Assembly: GCA_051453625.1 (NCBI GenBank)
Contig: JBOZIK010000001.1
Span: 31,120,363 to 31,174,107, forward strand
DNA from: Welwitschia mirabilis
Taxonomy: Eukaryota
DNA: 53,745 nt
Direction: 5' to 3'
Below are positions 27,546-39,590 of this stretch, piece after piece. A program made the translations under genes and the position numbers. Numbering within the stretch: the first letter of the stretch is position 1; every line of letters begins with the position of its first letter. The notes beneath the pieces are model-generated. The model worked only from the letters and a program-made list of their open reading frames with translations. It ran no database searches and was not told the origin of the DNA.

Positions 27546-27884
27546 AATATATGAAGAAATTTATTTATGGGAAACCTTTCACTAGGATTATTATTTTTAT
27601 TGATTAAATGAAGATTCATTAGTAACTCATACTGATCTAGACACGTCAAAATCTTACTTATGATTCTTCCTAAAGATGGTGAACCCATGGCTATGTATCT
27701 TTCTTATTTTTTACTTCTTATATTATAATTAGTAATATTTACTATTCATTATTATTTGAAAGACCATAATTAATTATTGCTTATATATAATTCTAATTTC
27801 ATTACATATGAAATATTTCATGTAATATATAAAGAATTAAATGTAGAAGTAACCCTTGATGAATAATAAAATTGAAATAACATT

Positions 27885-28098
27885 AAAAATAATACAATAT
27901 CCTAAGTTATAAACTCAAAATGGATATTTAAAGTAGTATGCAGTAGGAAGAAATTTACATTTTTTTGATAAGAAAATGAAAACCTAAAGAACTTTAAAAG
28001 TAATAAAATATCCCAAGTTATAAGCTCAAAATGTATATTTAAATTATATGCATTAAAAGAAATTTAGACTTTTTGTTTTGATAATAAAATAAAAGCCT
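27885..28098. repeat. Two-copy tandem repeat, period ~111 bp
   Basis: AATATCCYAAGTTATAARCTCAAAATG at 27896 and 28007. Confidence 0.8.
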
Positions 28099-30972
28099 CT
28101 TTTTCATTAAAATACAAGATTTTCATAATAATAAATAAGGTTATAGAGCTAACAGGCTAAAGAGATCAAAGCATCAACTTGATAGAATAAAAAGTCAAGT
28201 TCTAAGAAAAGGTAGTTAGATGAATCATACTATCTTTTTTATGTTTGAAATTAGGGTAGCTATAATTTTCCACTATTTCATTTTTTTCTATCTCAATTTG
28301 TGCTATAATATGAAATTTCTTTCTATTACTATTGTTTAATTTAGATTCATGCATTTGTAAAAGAAGATACCCAAGTATACTAGAGGCTTAAATTCCTAAG
28401 TAAACTCTTACTAATTTTATACATTCCCAAAGGATGAGAGACTAATGAGCTATTTCATTTTTATTTTTTATTAAAAACTCCTTCAATTGTATTCCCTCTA
28501 AATCTTACACCATAAGGTTATGAGTAGAAGTATCAATGAAGTGCATTGTTTTTCATCATCACTATTTACTCTTCACCTTTCAAGCACATTCTAAATTATG
28601 TTTGTTGAAGTTCAAAACATGTAAGAATATCCATTGTTTCATAAAATTTCTTGGTATAAGTGCAATTAAAAAATATAACTAATTGTTTCATAATTAGTAG
28701 AAAAAGGTACACTAATTAAGAATCATTATTTTCCTTTATTCTAAATAGGATTTTGTAAGTAGCTTTCTTAATAGAACTTTACAAATAAAAATGCAATCTT
28801 TAGGGAATAAATACCATTAAAATTTTTCAAAAAATATTTTTTGAGGTGGATGCATTACACCATAAGATTCTTTCACTATACATTTTCTTTTCTTCTTCTT
28901 CTCATAATGTTTAATTATTAATTCTTAATTTTTTCAAAATCTCTTCTTATGATGGATTCGTGAATAATTTTAGAATAGTTTATAAACTTCATATCATTAT
29001 ATAAATATTTTTATTTCATGATTTGACCCATGGTTTATCAATATTATAAAGCTTCCCAACCAACTTGTTGAACATATCCATATTTAAAGATAAAAGATTT
29101 CTAATAGCCCAACCTCCAATAATTTTACCTCTATCTACTTTATTCCATGATAAAATATGTAAGGATTACTACTCTTCTAACCTTTAAAAGAATTATCTTT
29201 TAGCCTTTTTCATATACTTAAGAACTATATCTAAGACATTAAAAAAAAACATAAGAAACATGGGTAGATTGTAAAGGTACTTTAAAGTACTTAAAGTCTC
29301 CTAGTTTGAGAGATAAGTTTGTCTTTTGATTCATTTAAGTATTATTTAAGTTTAAGAATCACCTCATCCTAATGAATTTAACTCATTCTATTAGACAAAA
29401 GAGGCATTCTAAAGTATTTGGTAGGAAATTGATTCAAAACATAATATAACTAATTCCACACTTGTTCAAGATAACATTTACATACTAAATCCACAAAGTT
29501 TTCTCTTTATAAAATTCACTTTTAACTTAGAGGATTATTTGAAATTAATAATTCATTATTTGATAATTTACATTTAATATTTTGATGGTCTAAAAAATGG
29601 GAATGTACCATCTACAAATTGAGAATGGATGAAAATCCTAAACTTATTCTTTATTTCTAAATAAATTACATTACATAATAATTTTCTAAATCTAATTGTA
29701 ATATGCATTGAGCATACTTATTCGTTATTTTTAATGAAATAAAATATGATAGCTATGAATTCTATATGTATTCACTTATTTCTAAATTGCTATTTAGGGT
29801 AAACACAAGTCCATATTAATAATTATAAGTAACATAATCTATTTGAGTACTAATTGAAAATATCTTTTATTTTATTAAAGATTTTAACTTTTAGAGAATT
29901 TATAAATACAATTAAAGACATAATCAAGAAGAATAGTATTATCCATCTAGGTGTTTACTAATATAATCACACAATTAATAAATGCATATTTTAGATTTTA
30001 AGACTACCTTCATTTGATTTAAATATCATAGTATTAATTTAGATGCTAAGAAATTAGTTTTAAAAATTTTATGTAGATGTCAAACATTCATGCAAAGGCA
30101 TTTTTAATTACTTAGAAAGGTTTTGAAAATAAAAATAACAAAGATTAATATAATATTTATACAAAATTTAGCATTTTATATCTAAAGCTATTGTTCTAGA
30201 GTTACAAGCTTTGTACACATACAATATCCATTGTTAGCAACCCTTTTATTAGATCACTTTGATCTTAGATTTCCATAATATTAAACATCTAGTATATAAT
30301 GCTAAGAATATTAAGCATAAATAAAATTATTAGGTATCAAGTACCCAATAAATCATAAAAGATGAATTTCAGTAAGTACAGTTTTCAAAGTTATTAATTT
30401 GTTAGATAGTGAAAATGTTAATTAATATTAAGATAATTGTTGATATCATTTTGGAAAAAGAATATACTTTTAATAGATAATTAAATTTTCTTTATAGCCA
30501 AAGCTGAGGAATTGTATAAAGATTATTTAGAAGAGAATAATCACACATTAGCAACTACATATGATAAAGTTCTTATAAAATGAAATAAATTATTAAGTTT
30601 TAAATTTATTCTATTTTATTAATAATCAATGAATAAGATAATTAGATGGTATCAATGTGTTCCTCAGCACATGTGGCTTTACAATGTTCAAGAAAGCATT
30701 TATTAATAAATGTAATATATAAGTCATCTATCTTTTGAATAAGATAAATAATCTTCACATGCGAAGATGTAAATACATTAAAAGTGACCAATGACTTTTG
30801 TTGCATCAAGAAGATTATTAATTAAAGTTACTAAGAATTCTTAATAAGAATTATTAGGTATACTAGCCTATAACTTAGTTAGCAGAAAGCTTTTTACTAA
30901 TGTCAAATTAATAAACCTAAATTTTAAGACATTAAATAACATTATTAGAGATGTTGATAAGCAATATGATAT

Positions 30973-31145
30973 TGCTTGGAAATAAAAGAGTAAGAGTAAC
31001 ATTTTCCAAACTGAAATTTTATTTCTCCTCCTTTTCTTATTACATAAAAGAGCTTACTTATAAAGGAAACTACATCATTAGGGTTTTAATAAGATTTTCA
31101 CATATCCCTAGATGTATAACCATAGTGTGCACATAAACCTTAGTA
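30973..31145 (-). repeat. Copia-2 3' LTR (copy A)
   Basis: Matches 50065-50237. Adjacent PPT reads TTGAGGGAGGAAT on the minus strand. Confidence 0.85.
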
Positions 31146-31289
31146 ATTCCTCCCTCAACATGGAAATACATTCTCTTTGAAGGCGAAACTAAATTTTACA
31201 GGAGAAAACCTTTAGAATTCAGCCTACAATAAAACCTCATCAAAGAATTTGTCATGTGAGAAAACTAGTTTATCAAAGAAGTAGTCAAT

Positions 31290-31420
31290 TTACTACTACA
31301 CCTCTTGTAGTATATAGGGCTTATTATGTGCACTACACATCCCATAATGCTAAGATAAGATATGTACTACACATCCTATAGTATTAGGCTATTATTATAC
31401 TACAAATCTCGTAGTACTAG
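31290..31420. repeat. Four short tandem units (TACTACACATCC core) in the Copia-2 3' UTR; second copy at 35188-35318
   Basis: Direct reading; units ~33-38 bp. Confidence 0.75.
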
Positions 31421-31499
31421 AATCAAGAGTAACTTTAATTAGAGACTTAAAAGTCAAATGAAACTCATAATATATAAGAAAGAATGAGTTTAAATCAAT

Positions 31500-32865
31500 G
31501 GATTGTCAATCCAATTCTAGATTGAGAAACCTAAAACTTCTCTTGACCAAGTGATTTGGTAAGCATATTGATAGTTATTCTATAGTTGGATAATATATAT
31601 TAACATAATAACTTTATGTTGAATGAGTTTCGTAATTTATAGACTGGAACAGAAAAATGTTTTATCTTATTATGGTGCATTTGATCTTTTACCATGCAAA
31701 TTATTAATTAATTATAAATAAAGATCTATATTATCTTAGTTCATTTTAAGTTTATTACTTCTAATAATTTCATTAGCCATTTGTTTTCTCTACATGCTTT
31801 AGAAGCAGTTATATCTTTAGATTTTATAAAAGATCACAGTGTAGTCTTTTAATACTTTAATCACCTAGATAGAGGTGATGTTTTTAAGAACATGGGATAC
31901 CCTGATGTTGATAATGAGGTATTAGTTTCTCCAATGAAATCTAAGTTATAGTATGCCTTGAGGATGAATTAATAGTTTCTTCATAGATTAGACCTAAATC
32001 TTTTATTTTCTTTAGATATATCAGTACTCTCTTTGTAATATTTATATGAGTAAAGTTAGATATAAGAAGATAGCTTGATAATATAGCAATAAGATATGAT
32101 ACGTCTAGTCTAGTATTGGTTGCATAAATCAAAAAATTATTCTTTTGTAGTCTATTTTATTTTTAGGTTCTAAATCTTCATCAATATATATCTTAGCATT
32201 CTTCTCTAAAGGTATTACATCTTCTTTTGTGTCTTCTAATCTAAAATTTTGGATCAAAACTCCAGTTTACTCATTTTGTGTTAATAAAATTCCATCTTTT
32301 TATTGAATAATTTCTACACCTACATAGAATCTAGTCAAGTTAAGATCATAAATTTTAAATTCATTACTTAAGGATACATTTGTTTTTTACACATCTTCTT
32401 CATCACTTCTGGTTATTAGCATATCATTTGTATAAACCACTATGTATGTAGATTTATGCCCATTAGATTTAATAAATAACATGACATCCATATCTTGATA
32501 ATCACATAATCTAAAAATAATAGAACTTAAATAATTTATAAACTTTGTGTATCAAGCTCTCAATGGTTATTTTAGTCCATATAGAGACTTGATATATCTA
32601 AAGACCTTGTGTTATTTGCCTTTTTCCCCCCACAAAACCCTTTGTTTGAATCATGTATATTTCTTCTTTTAAGTCTCCATGAAGAAAGGTAGTCTTCATA
32701 TTCAAGTGATGAAGCTTTCATTATGCTACCAATGCACTCATTATTCTGATGGTAGCCACTTTTTTTGTTGAAGTGAAGACTTCATTAGAGTTAAGTTCCT
32801 TCTTCTGTCATAGTCCTATAGTAAAAATCCAAGCTTTATGTTACTTAAGGGTGTTATTCACATTA
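31500..32865 (-). pseudogene. Copia-2 RT-RNase H fragment (duplicate copy A)
   Basis: Minus strand MIYATNTRLDVSY..., VYTNDMLIT (from YVDD), KSLYGLK. Confidence 0.88.
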
Positions 32866-34869
32866 TAAAATTACCCAATCAATCTATTGAAAAATCCATA
32901 TTTAAAGCTAAAAATATTCTTAATATCCAACCTCTAATAAGTTTATCTCTATCCGATTTATTCCATGATAAAATATGTAAGGATTACTACTCTCTTAACT
33001 TTCACAAGAATTATCTTTTAGCCTTCTTAACATACTTGATAACTATAGATAAGGCCTTAATGAAAGATGTAAGAAACATGAGTAGATTCTAAAGGTAATT
33101 TGAAGTAGTTTCAGTTTCCTAGTTTGATATAGAAGTTTGGATTTTCATGCATTGAAATATTATTTAACTTTAAGACTTACCTTCTCCTAATGAATTTAAT
33201 TCATTATATTAAAAAAAAAAGATGTATTCTTAATTATTTTATAGGAAATTGATCCAAAGAATAATATAGCTAATTCCCATACTTTTTCAAGTTAAAATTT
33301 TCACACTAAATCCACAAAGTTTTCTCTTTATAAAATTAACTTTTCATCTAGTAGCTTATTTTAAATTAATAATTCATTATTTGATAATTTGCATTTAATC
33401 TTATAAGTTCTAAAAAATGAGAATGTATCATCTAGGAACTAAGGATGGATGAAATTTGAAACTTATCATTTTTTTTTAATTTCTAGATAAATTACATTAC
33501 ATAACCATTTTATAAATCTAACTTTAGTATCCATTAAGGATATTTATTCTTTATTTTTAATGAAATAAAATATGATAGCTATGAATTCTACATGTATCTA
33601 CTTCTTTCTAAATAGCTATTTAGGGTAAATACAAGTTCTTATTAATAATTATAAATAACATAATCATTTTTAGTAGTAAATGAAAATGCTTTTATTTTAT
33701 TAAATAATTTAACTTTTAAAGATGTTATAAATATAATAATTGAAGAAATAATTAAGAATAATAGTATTATCCATCCAGATGTTTAATAATATAATTACAA
33801 AATTAAGAACTGATACTATAGGTTTTAAGACTATGTTTATTTGATTTAAGTATCATTATGGTAATTTAAATGCTAAGAAATTAGTTTTAAAAGTTTTATG
33901 TAGAGGTCAAAATTCCATGCAAAGGAATTTTAAATTACTTAGCAAGGTTGTGGAAATAAAAATAAAAAGATCAAGATAATATATTTGTACAAAAGGTGGT
34001 ATTTTATGTTTAAAGCTATTGTTCTAAAGTTACAAGATTTTGTACACATACAATATCCAATGTTCAATGTCCCTAAGATTGGACCACTTTGATCTTAGAT
34101 ATCCATAATATTAAAAATCTAGTGTATAACGCTAGGAATGATAAGAATTAATAAAATTCCTAGATATCAAATTCCCAAGAATATTTCATATAAACTTTCC
34201 TACTCTAGAGAAAAGATGCTTTTAGTGGTGCTTATGAACTAAAGGAATCCTAAAGAATGAACTCAAATAAATTTGATGTTTCTAAAGTTATCAATTTATT
34301 AGATATTAAAAATTTTGATTAATATCAAGATAATTATTGGCATCATTTTGGAAGAATAATATAATTTTAATAAATGATAAAATTTTCTTAGTAGCTAAAG
34401 CTATGTAAGTATACACAAATTATCTAGAGGATAATAATCATGCATCAGTAACTACATATGCTAAAGTTATTATAACATGAAATAAATTAACAAAATTTTA
34501 ATTTATTATATTTTATTAATAATAAATGAACAAAATCATTAGATGCTAGAAATGTGCTCTTCAGCACATGAGATTCTACAATGTTCAAAAAGGCATTTAC
34601 TAATAAATGAAATATACAAGTCATGTATCTTTTGAATAAGGTAAATAATCTTTACAAGGGAAGACGAAAGACATTGAAAGTGATCAATGAGTTTTATTGT
34701 ATCAAGAATATTTTTTACTGAAAATTACTAAGAATTCCTAATAAGAATTATTAGGTATACTAGCTTATAACTTGATTAGCAAAAAATGTTTGGTTGATGT
34801 CAAATTGATAACCCTAAATTTTGATACATTGAATAGCATTCTTAGAGATGTTGATAAGTAATATTTTAT

Positions 34870-35041
34870 TATTCGGAAATAAAAGAAAAAAAAGAAGATT
34901 TTCCAAACTAAAATTTTCTTTCTCCTCCTTTTCTTATTACATTAAAGAGCTTACTTATAAAGGAAAGTACACCATTAGAGTTTTATAGGGGTTTCATATA
35001 TCCGTGGGTGTATGACCACAGTGTGCCTATAAATCTCAGCA
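34870..35041 (-). repeat. Copia-2 3' LTR (copy B)
   Basis: Matches the other two copies. Ends TCTCAGCA on the plus strand next to the PPT. Confidence 0.85.
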
Positions 35042-35396
35042 ATTTCCCTATTAACATGGACACAAATTATCTTCCAAGACAAAACTATAGTACTTAGGGA
35101 AAAACCTTGAAAATGCAACTTACAATAAAACCCCCTTAAGAGAGCTACCATGTGAGGAAACTACTTCATTAAAGAAGTAGTCAATTTAGTGCTACACATC
35201 CCATGACAAGTAGATCTTATTATTTATATTACACATCCCATAATTCTAGTCCAAAACATGTACTACACATTCTATACTATTAGACCATAATTGTATTACA
35301 CATTCTATAGTAGTAGGATTAGGAGTAACTTTAATTATAAACTTAAAAGTTAAATGAAGCTAATAATGTATAAAAAATAATGAGTTTGAATTAACT

Positions 35397-38044
35397 CATT
35401 GTCAACCCAATCCTAGATTGAAAATACTATAACTTCTCTTAATCAAGTGATTTAGTAAGAATATCAGTAATTTTCTCTCTGATCAAATACTATACTGGCA
35501 TAATAACTTCATATTAGATGATTTTCCTAATTTTGTGGATTCCACTACAAAAGTGTTTTATCCTATCATGGTGCACTAAATATTTTACCATGTAAATTAC
35601 TGACTGATTATTAATGAAGATATTTTTAACCTTAGTCCATTTTAAGTTCATTCTTTGAACAATTTTCTTAGCCATTAAATTTATCTACATGCTTTGGAAG
35701 GAGTTGTATATTTCACTTTGAAAGAGGATCTCTTTGTAGTTTTCTGATGCTACCAAGATAAAGGTGATGTTTCCAAGAATATGATATACCCTTATAGATT
35801 AGATTCAAATCTTTTATGTTCTTTAAATATCTTATTACTCCCTTTGAGACATTTAGATGAGTGACATTAGGTACATGAAGATACCTTAATAATACTTCAA
35901 TAACATATGACATGTTTTGTCTAGTGTTGGTTACATAAATCAAAACTCCTACCATTCTTTTATATTCTATTTTATTTGTAGGTTCTAAGTATTCATTATA
36001 GATATCTTAACATTCTTCTCTAAAGGTATTATAGCTTCTTTTATGTCTTTTAGTCTAAACATTTGGATCAAATTTCCAATGTACTACTTTTGTATCAAGA
36101 ATATTTCATTCTATTACTAAATAATTTCTACACCTAAGTAGAATTTAGCTAATTCAAGATCAAAAATTTTAAATGACTCACTTATAGCAATTTTGTTATT
36201 TATACATCTTCTTAATCACTATGTATATATATTTGCATCCATTATATTTTATGAATAACATGACATCCACATCTTGATAATCACATAATTTGAATCCAAT
36301 GAAACTTAAATAATTTACAAGCTTCATGTACCAAGCTTTTGGTGCTTGTTTTAGCCCATATAGAGACTTAATCAATTTATACATCTTGTATTCTTTGCCT
36401 TTTTTTTCCTTAAAAACCTTTGATTGCATCATGTAAATTTCTTTACTTCAGTCTCCATAGGGAAAGGAAGTTCTTATGTCCAATTAATGAAGCTTCTATT
36501 CTTTTTATGCTACTAATTCAATCACTATTTTTTTGATGATAGTTTATTTTATTATTAAAGCAAAGACTTCATTGTGATCAAGTCCTTTCTTCTATTATAG
36601 GCCTACAACAATAAGCTGAGCTTTATATCACTTAATGGTATTATTTGCATTATATTTATTATAAAAAATCCATTTGCTAGGTAATGTTATATATCCTAAT
36701 GGAAGATCTACCAACTCTAGAGTATTATTTTCATCAAAACTATCATATTCTTCTTACAAGAGTTTTATCTAATGATTATGTTGAATAGCCTTTTTAAATG
36801 AGGTTAGTGCACCATCAAAAATCAAGTAAAGCTCATTATCATTATCATCATGAGATGTATGTGAGCCATGTCTAGTTGTAGTTATACTTATCTTATCATC
36901 ATAAACATCTTAGAGAATAGACTATGACCAAGTAGTTTAATATTATCTTTGGATAGTATCATCTTTTTCAGTTGGAAAACCTACTAAATTACTACTAGAA
37001 CCATGAGTTAGTGTGTTTAGAGCATTAAATTTCTTAATTCCTATAGGTTGCAAAGTAGTTATACCAATATAAGGAACTAAAGCATGAATTGTGACTAGGT
37101 ATTCCCTATTAACTATAGGACATTGTGCATCTAATATGATACTAGGTTAAAATAATGATAAAGCTTTAAAGGATCAAGCTAGCAATCATTGTGTAAAGTT
37201 TTTAAAAATATAACATCATTAGAAATAATGATCTTATAATGCTTTATGAGATACACTTAATAAATGATTTGGTTCGTTGGATATCGTATAAAGATGCTAA
37301 TGCAAGCATGTGTTCAAACTTTTTTATGATGTTTACATGGAATATGGATATGGCACTTGCAACCAAAAACATGAAAATGATTTAACTATAGCTTATTTCC
37401 ATACCAATTTTTAGCTAGAGATACTCTTTTTTTAGTATATTGATCAATGCAATTATTAAGATGAATTATCATATTCACTACTTCATCCTAGCAATAAGTC
37501 TTAAAATCACTAGAATACATCATGGAATTCACTATATTCATAATAGTATGACTAAATCACTTAAAAATGCCACTTCATTAAGGTGTACCATGGCAGATCT
37601 TTAAATGTTAAATCCCTTTAGAAGTGAGAAAATACTTGAACTTAGTACAAATGTACTTGCCATAATTATCTAAGTGGGAACTTTTAATCTATTAATTAGC
37701 TTGCTTTTTCACTTTAGTTTAGAACTTCTTAAATATGTTCAAAGTATGAGATTTAGATTTAATAAAATACAACCAAGTTATTTGGGAATAGTAATTAGTA
37801 AAAGAGATAAAATAACAAAAACCATAGAGAGTGAAAACTAGTATAGGTCCGCATAGATCATTGTAATAAGTAGAATATTTCAATTAGCATGCCACCTACT
37901 TTTTACAAACTACTATTGGGTCACTTTATTTATAATACATGCTTCACACTGAGGAAAATTCCATGGAATGAATGGAAGAAGCTGGTGGCCATTCTCATGC
38001 ATAACATTTATCATATAAGAAGCAAGATATCCTAGTTGAGCATG
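35397..38044 (-). pseudogene. Copia-2 pol: integrase core, RT, RNase H
   Basis: Minus strand NDLCGP (~37850), TWLYFIKSKS, KWIF, YKLIKSLYGLKQAPKAWY, VGVLIYVTNTRQN, DILTKSL. Confidence 0.92.
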
Positions 38045-39119
38045 TTATGTGCTACTAGTTTGTGTATTTTTGATGGGTTTTTATGAGCTATTTTATAGGA
38101 CATTTGCATATGTTTAGATGCTACTATAAGAATTTTGGAGAATCAATAGAAGATCTCATAAATGTGTAATTCTTAGTAATATTTGAAGTATTTAAGGCAT
38201 ATTATGATACATAGAGCTTTAAAGGAAGATTACTGATAGAAAATCTAGCTTCTCCTCACTAAAATAAACAAAGAAGATTGTTGTTTCCTCTGTCATCCCC
38301 ATGACAGCCAGGATGACAATACTATTTTATGCTAACATGGACTACTGAGACACTATTGAGTCATCTAATAAGTCATCTTTTATAAAGAGTTGTCATCCCC
38401 TATATCATATGGATGACATCTAGGATGGCATTATAACTGATACTAACAGCTGATCTTTAATCACTTCATCCATTTCTTTTCTATAATGAAGTGTATTTTG
38501 GAGTACTTTTTGTTCTTGATTTCTACTGTGTAACCCTATAAATAAGATCTCGTTCAAATCTTCTCTTTATCTTTGATGCACCAAAAATTCTTATGACAGG
38601 AGATTGGAGAGTGGGAGATCCATCTTGAGAGTTGCAAAGAAGACATTCCCTTGATGGAGGGCTGTGCATCCTTCATTGAGGCTTAGATGTTTTGTAACCT
38701 AGATGCTGGCTCCTTTTTAATACAAATCTATGTTTTCACATGTTCATATTAGTTTATCGGATGTCCTTTATGGTTTATGTTGCCCTTGATCTAGTGATAA
38801 CTTCATTGGTAATATAGGTCTTAAGGGAAGCCTTTATTAAAGCTAAAAGAAAGTAGTTTAGATTTAGTTTGCATTGCATTTAGATTTATTACATTTGCAT
38901 TTGCATTGCATCTTAATTTTCTGCATTATTTTTTAAGTTCAATTACATAACATTTATGAAAATCAACCTCAAATCTTATCTTACAATTTTTAATAAGATA
39001 TGACATTCAAATTCACTCCCAACTATATTAGTATGTTGTATTATGTAAGATATCTATTTTATTTGTAAATGATAAGATCGTTTTAAGTATACAGGTTTGC
39101 ACAAGTATGTACCACAACA
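38045..39119 (+). repeat. Gypsy-2 5' LTR
   Basis: Colinear with 44620-45664. Ends CCACAACA. TATA-like CTATAAAA at ~38536. Confidence 0.92.
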
Positions 39120-39122
39120 AAT

Positions 39123-39140
39123 TGGCATCATTATCAGGGA
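39123..39140 (+). promoter_or_regulatory. Primer-binding site, tRNA-Asp type
   Basis: TGGCATCATTATCAGGGA versus TGGCGCCGTTGCCGGGGA; transitions only. Confidence 0.8.
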
Positions 39141-39590
39141 AGGCTACTGAGGAGCATAAGGATTGTCATCATTCAGGTGAGTATATCAAATTTCTATTTG
39201 ATTATTTATCCATAGCAATATTATATTTTAATTAAAAACCATAGGTTTTATTTTCTATTTGTAGTCTTTTAGCTTTGGTTTTAGTAGTAAAATAATTGTT
39301 GTCCCCTCTGTCATCCCCATGATAGTTAAGATGACAATCATAATTTTAGTTTTTGTTTTTAGTTTTTATTTTTATATTTTAATTTTCTATAATAAAATTA
39401 GTTTCTATCTTCTCCTTTATCTCCTAGACAACTAGGAGAATGATAGTTTTAGTTTCTGTTCTATTAAACTTTCTTTTTTTTTCTTGAACTTTCTGTGTCA
39501 TCACTTTTATCATCCCCATAATAGTCATGATGATAATTTATTATTTTTTATCTTATTTTTTATTTTTTTCTATGTGTAGGATGCTATGAT

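Larger units (their letters stand above)
29044..36655. repeat. ~3.8-kb tandem duplication (flank + Copia-2 3' LTR + RH + part of RT)
   Basis: 29044-32861 is colinear with 32862-~36655. ATTATA occurs at all three breakpoints. No gap in the region. Confidence 0.88.

Noticed and set aside
29595..29625. Minus-strand FVDGTF resembling a MULE transposase motif
   Set aside because: The duplicate reads FLDDTF and no downstream MULE motifs were found.
29044..31145. Interpreting the 2.1-kb shared block as a long LTR
   Set aside because: Only the last 173 bp recur at 50065-50237, and the TSD GATAT and PBS define the short LTR.
31290..31420. CRISPR-like regular repeats (also 48988-49165)
   Set aside because: Spacers are mutually similar, no cas genes are present, and the context is a plant retrotransposon.
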